Assembly (NCBI GenBank): GCA_964415465.1
Contig: CAYQAL010000001.1
Span: 66,749 to 130,748, forward strand
Reading direction: 5' to 3'
DNA length: 64,000 nucleotides
Source: an uncultured Gammaproteobacteria bacterium
GTDB taxonomy: Bacteria; Patescibacteriota; Patescibacteriia; 2-12-FULL-60-25
A program made the position numbers and the translations under genes. A model generated the notes under the pieces. The model was given only the letters and a program-made list of their open reading frames with translations. It made no database searches and was not told the origin of the DNA. How positions within the stretch are numbered: the first letter of the stretch is position 1; every line of letters starts with the position of its first letter. Shown here in pieces: positions 18,338-25,352 of the stretch.

Positions 18338-18925
18338 CTATTTTGGTGCAGATTCTCCTAACAGGCGGTCGACGATGGTCCGAAGAGACAAAAGGGCGCG
18401 TCGATAGCGGCTTTTTACCGTATTTAAGGGTTCGTGGACGGTTTCGGCGATCTCTTGAAAGGTCAGGTCTTCACCTTCGTGAAGAAGGAGAATCGTACGG
18501 GTTTTTTCTGGAAGTTCCTTCAGAGCCGTTTCAAGTAGTTGTGCGCGGTCATCGCGCTCGAGTAGTTCAGGTGGGAGTGGACGTTCATCTTCAATCCGAT
18601 CTTGGAAGGCTTCTTCGATCGGCGATTGTTCGTCGAGCGTAGAAAAAGGGATCGCTTTTTTCTTTTTGAGGTAATCAAAGGTGGTGTTGCGTGCGATGGT
18701 GAAAATCCAGCTTTTAAATGAACGCTCGGCTTGAAACGAGGAAAGTTTGCGCCAGGCTTTCACACAGGTTTCTTGAACCAGGTCTTCCGCGATGGTTGAT
18801 TCTCCACACAACCGTAACACAAAACGATACAGCGGTCCGGTATAACGCGTAAGCAGGGCATTAAATGCCTGAGGGTCACCTTTGAGGTGTCGCTCGACGA
18901 GTTCCGCATCGGTGAGAAGAGGCAT
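18338..18925 (-). CDS. RNA polymerase sigma-70 factor, ECF subfamily
   Basis: Region 2 (EDLVQETCVKAWRKL) and region 4 HTH (LTFQEIAETVHEPLNTVKSR). Confidence 0.9.
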   Translation of the reverse strand: MPLLTDAELVERHLKGDPQAFNALLTRYTGPLYRFVLRLCGESTIAEDLVQETCVKAWRKLSSFQAERSFKSWIFTIARNTTFDYLKKKKAIPFSTLDEQSPIEEAFQDRIEDERPLPPELLERDDRAQLLETALKELPEKTRTILLLHEGEDLTFQEIAETVHEPLNTVKSRYRRALLSLRTIVDRLLGESAPK

Positions 18926-18932
18926 TAGGCAT

Positions 18933-18938
18933 ACGCTA
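18933..18938 (-). promoter_or_regulatory. -10-like TAGCGT 7 nt upstream of the sigma-factor ATG
   Basis: Minus-strand gggTAGCGTatgcctaATG; no SD. Confidence 0.3.
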
Positions 18939-18986
18939 CCCTCTTCTCACGGTGACGACAATCAACGTGCGGTGGATGTTTGGTCG

Positions 18987-19793
18987 TTATTTATTTCCGA
19001 CAACATTGATGAAGGGCAAGCTCGAACCAGGGACCATCGTTTGTGGAAGTTGTCCATCCCATTTCTTCACGGCTTCGACCTGAACTTCAAGTGCCTTAAG
19101 TGCGACGTATTTGTCGTTGTTCGCGGCTTCGGACTGAAGTTTAATTGCCGTAGCTTCGGCTTGGGCTTGTGCAACGCGTTGCTCCGCCTGAATCTTGGCG
19201 GTCTTTAATTCATTCTCTGCACGCTTTGAATCTTGTTCCGCGACTTGTTTACGCTCGATCGCGGCTTCAAAGGCGGGAGAAAACGACTCATTTACCATGG
19301 AGAACTGGCTCACAATAATGTGATTTGGAGCAACCGAAGCGCGCACCGTTTCTTCAATCTCGTTTTGAACGAGGGCACGTTGATTCAAGATTTCTTCGGC
19401 GGTGTATTTTGCGATCGTCTGCTTAATCGCTGCTTCTAAAGAAGGCTGAATAACCTTCTCTTCGAAAGCTGTCCCAATTTCTTGGTAGATTTTTCCGACT
19501 TGTACGGGATCAAGCTGATAGAGCAGAGCGCTTTCGATCGTGACGACCTGTAAATCCTTCGAGTACGCCTCAGAGGCTTCAAGGGTATATTTCGTGCTTC
19601 GCACATCCATCTTCACGACACTCTCCGCAATTGGCACAACAAGATGAAGTCCTGGCTCAAAGACGCGGCCTTCGAAGGCACCCCAGCGAAGCACAACACC
19701 ACGTTCTCCAGCATCGACGGTTGTAAATGGATTGATGATAAAAAGAATAATAAGAGCGGCCAACACCAAGAGGGCGGTGAGGAATTTTTTCAT
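18987..19793 (-). CDS. SPFH/band-7 (prohibitin-like) protein
   Basis: N-terminal TM helix, SPFH core, A/E/Q-rich C-terminal coiled coil. Confidence 0.85.
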   Translation of the reverse strand: MKKFLTALLVLAALIILFIINPFTTVDAGERGVVLRWGAFEGRVFEPGLHLVVPIAESVVKMDVRSTKYTLEASEAYSKDLQVVTIESALLYQLDPVQVGKIYQEIGTAFEEKVIQPSLEAAIKQTIAKYTAEEILNQRALVQNEIEETVRASVAPNHIIVSQFSMVNESFSPAFEAAIERKQVAEQDSKRAENELKTAKIQAEQRVAQAQAEATAIKLQSEAANNDKYVALKALEVQVEAVKKWDGQLPQTMVPGSSLPFINVVGNK

Positions 19794-19848
19794 AGATATC
19801 CCTAGTTTGCCGGGTGGGCGAGGCCTTGAGAAGGGGATGGTTTTTTGA

Positions 19849-19885
19849 TTGACGGCAGGCGCCTTCGTCCGTATGATAGCGCCAC
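19849..19885 (+). promoter_or_regulatory. tRNA-Gln promoter: TTGACG-17-TATGAT followed by AGCGCCAC
   Basis: Hexamers at 19849-19854 and 19872-19877. Shares a TTGATTGAC -35 context and a GC-rich discriminator with the other tRNA promoters. Confidence 0.5.
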
Positions 19886-19896
19886 AATTCGTTTAT

Positions 19897-19970
19897 TCCG
19901 GGATCGTCTAATGGTAGGACAACGGCCTTTGAAGCCGTGTATCTTGGTTCGAATCCAAGTCCCGGAGCCA
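19897..19970 (+). tRNA. tRNA-Gln (anticodon TTG)
   Basis: Cloverleaf by hand: acceptor TCCGGGA/TCCCGGA (U1-A72), anticodon arm ACGGC-CTTTGAA-GCCGT, T-loop TTCGAAT, G73, encoded CCA. Confidence 0.9.
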
Positions 19971-19971
19971 T
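19953..19971 (+). repeat. direct repeat copy 1 (tRNA-Gln 3' end)
   Basis: ATCCAAGTCCCGGAGCCAT. 15 of 19 nt, including an exact 10-mer CCGGAGCCAT, recur at 20330-20348. Confidence 0.6.
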
Positions 19972-19973
19972 CG

Positions 19974-20002
19974 AAAAACCATCGTAAAAAAGGTGGTTTT
20001 TT
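19974..20002 (+). terminator. intrinsic terminator after tRNA-Gln
   Basis: AAAAACCATC-loop-GGTGGTTTTTT stem-loop with a T-run. Confidence 0.5.
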
Positions 20003-20016
20003 GCTATCTTTTCCAT

Positions 20017-20325
20017 ATGGCACCATATCAATCTTTTAAACTGCTCTTAGTAGAAGCTGTAGGGTTATCAAAGAATGGATTTCACTTCTTTTTGGGAGCC
20101 TTGGCTTATTTGATGACCGTAGCGATTTTCAAGATTAAATTCACATCAGCCAAATCGTTGATTGCACCAATCGTCCTTGCGCTGCTCATGGAAATCATGG
20201 ATTTTCGTGACGCAACCGCCTTTGATATGAAGCTGGATTGGGCAGACAGCCTGAAAGACGTCTTATTAACCGTATCGTCACCTTTGATTATTTGGGCATC
20301 TCTAAATTTGCGTAATAAGTTCTAA
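20017..20325 (+). CDS. small 3-TM membrane protein, unknown function
   Basis: ORF track 19993..20325 trimmed to ATG 20017 because 19993 lies inside the tRNA terminator. Lower GC than the backbone. Confidence 0.5.
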   Translation: MAPYQSFKLLLVEAVGLSKNGFHFFLGALAYLMTVAIFKIKFTSAKSLIAPIVLALLMEIMDFRDATAFDMKLDWADSLKDVLLTVSSPLIIWASLNLRNKF

Positions 20326-20329
20326 CAGC

Positions 20330-20348
20330 GTCCACGATCCGGAGCCAT
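20330..20348 (+). repeat. direct repeat copy 2 (att-like remnant of the tRNA-Gln 3' end)
   Basis: GTCCACGATCCGGAGCCAT matches 19953-19971 at 15 of 19 positions, including the exact 10-mer. Confidence 0.6.
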
Positions 20349-20392
20349 AAGCTGGTGTTCCTGGTAACCCAGGTGCGTCGCTAAAAACCAAC

Positions 20393-20421
20393 ACCCCATC
20401 ACTGAAAAGTGGTGGGGTTTT
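20393..20421 (+). terminator. intrinsic terminator
   Basis: ACCCCATCACT-GAAA-AGTGGTGGGGT: 11-bp stem followed by TTT. Confidence 0.5.
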
Positions 20422-20453
20422 GCGATTAGTAGATCGAGTGCTAGTCTCTAAAT

Positions 20454-21179
20454 ATGAAATGGGAGCAATGTTTTGTTAATGTTTGCGATTCAGTATTTCG
20501 AATTAGAATTACATCGAGCGGAGGCCGATTTACCGGAACCGGTTTTGTTGCCGGTGTGTATGAAGTCAATCAAAAATTGAGCTGTGTGTTAGCCACCGCA
20601 AAACATCTTGTGATTAAATTGCGTGAAGACGAAAATGTTTTGTGGGAAGTTCAAAAAATAAACTGGCATGGTGATGTGGTGGGCGAGGTGAAGTTCGAGT
20701 CGAATATAAGCAAACTCGGTAACGGACCAGTAAGACTGTACCAAGATACGGACATAGCAATGCTAGCGATACCCATAGTTGATTTTCCTATCAAGCCAGT
20801 TAGGATCATCCATCCCTCTTACGAAGTTTACCCTGGCACACGGGTTGGTTGGGCTGGATTTCCTTCTTTTACGAGAAAAAGAACTAATGACAGGCAATAT
20901 CCTTGCTATTTTGAAGGTGTTATTTCATCAGTAGTTATAGAGAAAGGACGCTTATTCTATTTTGTCGATGGTCACGGTGGCGAGGGCGTAAGCGGCGGAC
21001 CACTATGGTATTGGAACGACGAGCAATCAAATTACGAAGTCATTGGAATTTGTAGCCAATATTTAAAGGCAGGCGATACGAACCTTGCTGCTCCAGGAAT
21101 GGTTGTATTTGAGTCAGTGAAGCCACTAATTACCTACCTAAGTACTTCAAGTGAAATAACGATGAATATTATTCATTAA
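20454..21179 (+). CDS. trypsin-like serine protease without a signal peptide
   Basis: Putative triad H in TAKHL, D in DTDIAML, S in GEGVSGGPLW (GDSGGP-like). AT-rich gene, about 35-45% GC by eye. Confidence 0.7.
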   Translation: MKWEQCFVNVCDSVFRIRITSSGGRFTGTGFVAGVYEVNQKLSCVLATAKHLVIKLREDENVLWEVQKINWHGDVVGEVKFESNISKLGNGPVRLYQDTDIAMLAIPIVDFPIKPVRIIHPSYEVYPGTRVGWAGFPSFTRKRTNDRQYPCYFEGVISSVVIEKGRLFYFVDGHGGEGVSGGPLWYWNDEQSNYEVIGICSQYLKAGDTNLAAPGMVVFESVKPLITYLSTSSEITMNIIH

Positions 21180-21274
21180 TTTTTTAAAAAGCTTACTATA
21201 TACTTTAAAACCTTCTCAAGAGCCCCTCAAACTCCTTGCAAAGCCTAGTCTGCAACCAGCCCGTCGAGCCACGC

Positions 21275-21310
21275 AAAACCGACCTCAAATGAAGGTCGGT
21301 TTTGTCATTT
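21275..21310. terminator. bidirectional intrinsic terminator
   Basis: AAAACCGACC-loop-GGTCGGTTTT flanked by an A-run and a T-run. Confidence 0.6.
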
Positions 21311-21342
21311 TTCAAGAACTGAAATACCGCGCTCCCTGGGGA

Positions 21343-21363
21343 GTACCGCAAGGGGTGCGGTAC
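21343..21363 (-). terminator. GC hairpin downstream of the island-2 genes
   Basis: GTACCGCA-AGGGG-TGCGGTAC: 8-bp perfect stem with no clear T-run. Confidence 0.4.
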
Positions 21364-21390
21364 GTCAGGGGCGCGGCGTGAGTGCCGACC

Positions 21391-21543
21391 CTACTGCTTG
21401 GCGGGGAAGCAGAAGAGCAGGGGCCTCCCACCCTGCTTCGTCTGCCTCCCGCTTGCCTTCCAGTGCACGATCATCTCGCGCGTCTTCTGGAAGAGGAGGG
21501 TGAGGTCCTGGGGCGCGGTCTCTTCGGTGTATGTGGCTTCCAT
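21391..21543 (-). CDS. 50-aa small protein (MEATYTEETAPQDLTLLFQKTREMIVHWKASGRQTKQGGRPLLFCFPAKQ)
   Basis: GGAGA SD 6 nt upstream of the ATG; 15 nt after the stop of the upstream gene; below the ORF-track cutoff. Confidence 0.5.
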   Translation of the reverse strand: MEATYTEETAPQDLTLLFQKTREMIVHWKASGRQTKQGGRPLLFCFPAKQ

Positions 21544-21558
21544 GGCGTCTCTCCTGAC

Positions 21559-22128
21559 TCAGGGGCTTCGGATGATCTCCGTTCCCTGCTGGATGATGAT
21601 GGTGTTGCCGGGTGTCTCGAGGAACGACATGAGGTCGTCGACCTGCTCCGGCGTCTTCTCGAGGAAGCGGCGTCGGAGGAGCTCCTCGATCGCCGGGGCG
21701 TTCGCGACGATCCAGACGGTGTCGGTGCGCTCGGCGGCCGCGGTGATGGGGGACCTCGAGCGTTCGATGCCGTTCGCGGCGAGGAGCGCTTCGTCGCTCA
21801 ACGCTGTGGTCAGCATGATCGCCGCATAGCCGTCGGCGTGCGGCACAGTCTTGTCGATCGGGCCTGGCACGACGAGCGTTGCGAGCTTGTCGGGGCGATC
21901 GCGCCACCGCACTCGCATGGCCTCGTTGTCGATCCCGATCACGAACTTGGCGTTGAGGACGTAGGCCTCCTGGATCGCGGCGGTCACCTGTCCCTGCGTC
22001 AGTCTCTGACCGTCAGGAAGTCCGGCTTGCCGTTCGCGGATCAGCCGACTCGCGATCTCGAACAGCCGAGTGCGGCTCTCGAGTCTGCGAAGAGAGAGGG
22101 GAGAGGTATCATCTGAGGCGCCGGTCAT
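21559..22128 (-). CDS. 189-aa hypothetical protein with high-GC (actinobacterial-like) codon usage
   Basis: ORF track 21559..22227 trimmed to ATG 22128 (MTGASDDTSPL...), preceded by GGAGA at 6 nt. Third codon positions are overwhelmingly G or C. No family recognised. Confidence 0.7.
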   Translation of the reverse strand: MTGASDDTSPLSLRRLESRTRLFEIASRLIRERQAGLPDGQRLTQGQVTAAIQEAYVLNAKFVIGIDNEAMRVRWRDRPDKLATLVVPGPIDKTVPHADGYAAIMLTTALSDEALLAANGIERSRSPITAAAERTDTVWIVANAPAIEELLRRRFLEKTPEQVDDLMSFLETPGNTIIIQQGTEIIRSP

Positions 22129-22385
22129 AGCATTCTCCGTGGCAGGTCTCGCCAGAATCGGCGAGAGGGGGGTCGGGTGAGCGGTGAGTCCTAAGCTTCT
22201 CTCCTTAGATAAGATATAAGAAGACAAAATGAGGCATCACCACTCTGTAAAAGGAACCGGAAACAATAACAAAATATAGGATTTTGTCAATCGAAAGGTC
22301 TATTTTTAGCTAAGAACTAGCTTGATTGCTTGCCTTTTAGAGGCTTGGGCGTACACTGAGCACCTCTTCTATTCTTCTCTTCTCT

Positions 22386-24008
22386 ATGTCTCTTCAGACG
22401 CTGCTTGGTCGAATGCGTGAAAACTGGAAGTCCGGCCTAACGGTTTCCTTGGTTTCGATTCCACTCTCCGTTTCTTTAGCGGTTGCTTCTCAATCTACTC
22501 CGACAGCAGGTATTATCACGGCGATTTGGGCGGGGCTCATGGCCTCGATTTTTGGAGGGAGTAATTTTAATATCATTGGTCCTACAGGAGCTCTGTCTGG
22601 ATTTCTTGCGACCTACGCGATCGTGCATGGTGCACACACCTTGCCGATGCTTGCGTTAGTAACAGGGGTGTTCGTGTTGATTGCCTATGTGTTCAAGCTT
22701 GAGAAATTCCTCGTGTTTGTTCCAGGAAGTGCGGTTCATGGCTTCACCTTAGGCGTCGCTTTTATTATCGCCTTCAACCAATTCAATTTCGCGCTTGGCT
22801 TGTCCGGTTTGCCAAAGCATGAAGCGTTTATTGATAACTTGTTTGAGTCGTTCCGTCATATTGGTGCGTTGAACCCACAGATCTTCGTGATGTTCTTGAT
22901 CTTCTTGGCGTTGATGTTTGTAATGTTGAAAGTGATCCCAAAAATTCCAGGAGCGATTGTCTTGGCTCCGATTGGTATTTTAATTGGGTATTTGTCGCAG
23001 AAGGGGATCGTGCCAGTCGCTGTGCAAACCTTGGGCTCTCGTTACCCAGACATGACGCCAAAGTTGTTTGAGATGCCCACGTTCTTTTTTCATTCCTCGT
23101 TGATTACCGCTGGGTTAGCCGTTGCGGTGATCGCGATTTTGGAAACGATGCTTTCTGCCAAAATCGCAGACGGCATGACGAAGACGAAGCACAATAAGCG
23201 CAAGGAAATGTTCGGCTTGGGCGTGGCGAACTTAGCATCCGGATTGATGGGCGGTATTCCTGCCACGGCGGCCTTGGCACGTACGTCTCTTAATGTAAAA
23301 ACAGGAGCGACGAGTAAAATGTCGGCAACGATCAGTAGTGTCGCCATTGCGATCATTTCGATCTTCTTACTTACGACGTTCCGCTACATTCCACTCGCGG
23401 TCATTGCAGCTATCTTGGTTTTCGTCGCCTTCCGCATGATTGAGCGCGAACACTTTGTTCGTATGTTCCATTCGGACAAGAAAAATTTCGTGATCGCTCT
23501 TTTGGTAGCGATTGCGACGATCTGGATTGATCCGATTGTCGGTATCTTGATTGGAACAGCAATCGCTCTCTTGATTTTCGTGGAGAAGCTATCACGTGGT
23601 CAATTTGAACTGATCGTTGATAATGAAGACCACAAATTTACCGAAAAAATCACCTCAGAAACGCTCGAGAAGATCGAGAAAGTTGGAGATACCATTATCT
23701 ACTCAATCAAAGGACAGTTGGCGTATATCAATGGTCAATCTCACATTGCACGCTTTGAGCAAGGATTGAACGCCTACAAACACATCGTCCTTCGTCTACG
23801 TGAACTGTCATTTATCGACCTGGATGGCGTGGATGCATTCGATGAAATCGTTCATCTCATCCAATCTCAAGGAAAAAAAGTCTTAGTCTCCGGGGCGAGT
23901 CCGCTAGTGAGTGAATTGCTCCAAGAGAGTCATGCCTATAAGAAGCTGGAACAAGAAGGGGCGGTCTTTACACGTACGAGTGAGGCTTTGAAAACGCTTG
24001 GTTATTAA
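22386..24008 (+). CDS. SulP-family anion transporter with a C-terminal STAS domain
   Basis: 540 aa, multi-pass SulP-type membrane core, C-terminal STAS-like fold (IVLRLRELSFIDLDGVDAFDEI). Confidence 0.9.
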   Translation: MSLQTLLGRMRENWKSGLTVSLVSIPLSVSLAVASQSTPTAGIITAIWAGLMASIFGGSNFNIIGPTGALSGFLATYAIVHGAHTLPMLALVTGVFVLIAYVFKLEKFLVFVPGSAVHGFTLGVAFIIAFNQFNFALGLSGLPKHEAFIDNLFESFRHIGALNPQIFVMFLIFLALMFVMLKVIPKIPGAIVLAPIGILIGYLSQKGIVPVAVQTLGSRYPDMTPKLFEMPTFFFHSSLITAGLAVAVIAILETMLSAKIADGMTKTKHNKRKEMFGLGVANLASGLMGGIPATAALARTSLNVKTGATSKMSATISSVAIAIISIFLLTTFRYIPLAVIAAILVFVAFRMIEREHFVRMFHSDKKNFVIALLVAIATIWIDPIVGILIGTAIALLIFVEKLSRGQFELIVDNEDHKFTEKITSETLEKIEKVGDTIIYSIKGQLAYINGQSHIARFEQGLNAYKHIVLRLRELSFIDLDGVDAFDEIVHLIQSQGKKVLVSGASPLVSELLQESHAYKKLEQEGAVFTRTSEALKTLGY

Positions 24009-24027
24009 GTAGAGATCTAGTTAAATG

Positions 24028-24062
24028 CAAACATACCCAGGATTTATTCCTGGGTATGTTTG
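24028..24062 (+). terminator. perfect 15-bp hairpin after the SulP gene
   Basis: CAAACATACCCAGGA-TTTAT-TCCTGGGTATGTTTG. Confidence 0.6.
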
Positions 24063-24167
24063 AATCCTTTCGCTACCAAACGTACTGATAGAGATAGGAC
24101 TTGGCCGTTGAGTCAGCTGGCCAGGCCGGTTCGTTACCACCGCAGGTTTGCGATGGACGACGAGTAT

Positions 24168-24407
24168 TTACGGATACTCACAGCCGGAGGAAGCGTTTTC
24201 GGCGCTTCGCCGTGAACGTTGATCCGAGCGTTCCTCGGCCAGCTTCTTCGCCGTCTCCATCGTTCGCGCTATGTACCTCTTCTGTGAGGTGTGCACGATG
24301 GAGCGACTTCGGCTGGTTGAGTGTTCGATAGAAATCTTCGCCTTCTGTCGTCTTGGATCGGACGACGGGTTCCTGGTTGACGAGGGCAGAACATCCAGGT
24401 TCTTCAC
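24168..24407 (-). CDS. 79-aa Ser/Arg/Lys-rich ORF, GTG start overlapping the stop of mini-ORF e
   Basis: GTGA overlap with the upstream mini-ORF. Best GC3 of the three minus frames by hand count. No family recognised. Confidence 0.25.
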   Translation of the reverse strand: MKNLDVLPSSTRNPSSDPRRQKAKISIEHSTSRSRSIVHTSQKRYIARTMETAKKLAEERSDQRSRRSAENASSGCEYP

Positions 24408-24439
24408 CTGAGTCGGAAGTCGCGCCAGGTCTTAGACAT
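24404..24439 (-). CDS. mini-ORF e: MSKTWRDFRLR*
   Basis: ATG with the context gaagggattgaaagcc. Shares TGGCGCGACTT with mini-ORF d. Its TGA stop overlaps the GTG of the 79-aa ORF. Confidence 0.3.
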   Translation of the reverse strand: MSKTWRDFRLR

Positions 24440-24598
24440 GGCTTTCAATCCCTTCGACTATTCCCGATCGCGCCGCGTGACCCGCGTGGGCTCAGCCGCG
24501 ATCGGTACGCGTGAGTCTTCGCCGTAGAATGACTCACTGCCAGGCAGGTCAATTGCAGGAAGTTCTCACCTTACGGCAGATGAGTTCTTCCGACGTCC

Positions 24599-24625
24599 CT
24601 ATACGAGACAAAAGTCGCGCCACAT
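24599..24625 (-). CDS. mini-ORF d: MWRDFCLV*
   Basis: AAGGAG 10 nt upstream of the ATG; WRDF motif shared with mini-ORFs a and e. Confidence 0.3.
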   Translation of the reverse strand: MWRDFCLV

Positions 24626-25036
24626 GGCTTGCGAACTCCTTTCTCATCGAACCTCTCGAGCGGCTCCAGTCGATCGGGATGATCGAATCGAGCAGCTAGT
24701 CGAGGTGAGGTGCGTAGCGAGTGGATCCGTGGATCGGAAACGCTTGGAGCAGCCCCTCGTAGGAGTTGTGGTGGAGAGCGAAGGTGCTGCCCAGCGTTGT
24801 GGGCGTGGGGTGGGGCTTGTGTGAGTCGTCGCGGACGCCCACGGTTGGAGGCGCTTACTGTCCTTTCAGCGCCTACCGCACTTTGCCACGCGGCGGTGGG
24901 CTCGAGGTCTCGTGGCGCGAGACGGGTCGAGCAGGGATTGGTGTCCGGACCCCTCAGATCCGGCCGGGTTGATACGCGCCGCGTCGTTGCCGACGCAGGT
25001 TCTTCCCGGAGGAGGCGACAGAAAGCCACTCGGTCG

Positions 25037-25066
25037 CTACATGAACGGATCGCGTGAAAGCAGCAT
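25037..25066 (-). CDS. mini-ORF c: MLLSRDPFM*
   Basis: AAGGAG 7 nt upstream. Identical peptide to mini-ORF b; the three nucleotide differences are all at third codon positions. Confidence 0.35.
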   Translation of the reverse strand: MLLSRDPFM

Positions 25067-25187
25067 CTGCTTTCTCCTTCCTTGTTGCCCGTCGTATCGT
25101 CGCTGTCCGTGCGCCGTGTGCTGGACGCGTTGACGGGGTTGAGGTTGTGTGGAGCTTTGCCGATATTTCTATCGGCGACCTAAGTCG

Positions 25188-25217
25188 CTACATGAATGGA
25201 TCACGTGAGAGCAGCAT
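25188..25217 (-). CDS. mini-ORF b: MLLSRDPFM*
   Basis: AAGGAG 6 nt upstream; a conserved ~47-nt block shared with copy c, 151 bp away. Confidence 0.35.
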   Translation of the reverse strand: MLLSRDPFM

Positions 25218-25352
25218 GCTCTTCTCCTTGCAGTGGCCAGCACCCACATCGTTGCCCGTCGCGTTGGGCGCCATGATGTCGGTGGGTGCGGGGCGGGTGT
25301 CTATTTTCGGGTTGTTCTCCACGTTCCGTTGGTACGGCCGCGGAAAACAACC

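Larger units (their letters stand above)
19971..22200. mobile_element. mosaic accessory segment downstream of tRNA-Gln (AT-rich part to ~21330, high-GC part 21330-22200); no integrase present
   Basis: tRNA-adjacent position, att-like repeat of the tRNA 3' end, and two compositional shifts relative to the flanks. Confidence 0.4.
21330..22200. other. high-GC island 2 (~0.87 kb)
   Basis: About 70% GC by eye over sampled lines. Every frame is open (many shadow ORFs in the track). Carries two SD-led minus-strand genes. Confidence 0.6.

Noticed and set aside
21365-22116. Long ORFs in the track inside island 2 (21365..21907 minus, 21382..22116 plus, 21398..21829 plus).
   Set aside because: These are Arg/Pro/Gly-rich shadow frames, typical of non-coding frames in high-GC DNA. 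They have no SD and overlap the SD-led, GC3-rich frame 21559..22128.
24571-25057. 152-aa minus-strand and 115-aa plus-strand ORFs spanning the centre of island 4.
   Set aside because: Their R/P/S-rich, low-complexity translations have no SD, and GC3 is not elevated in the frames I hand-checked. I treated the region as non-coding apart from the mini-ORFs.
25039-25133. Plus-strand reading of the conserved block as the start of proteins MNGSRESS....
   Set aside because: There is no SD within 25 nt of either ATG, and the two downstream sequences diverge immediately after 8-9 codons. It cannot be fully excluded, because the substitutions are silent on both strands.
25037-25217. Possibility that the 151-bp-spaced repeats are a CRISPR array or iterons.
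   Set aside because: There are only two copies, and the repeat carries SD-ATG-stop features. No further regularly spaced copies or cas genes are present, and there is no CRISPR-like array anywhere in the window.
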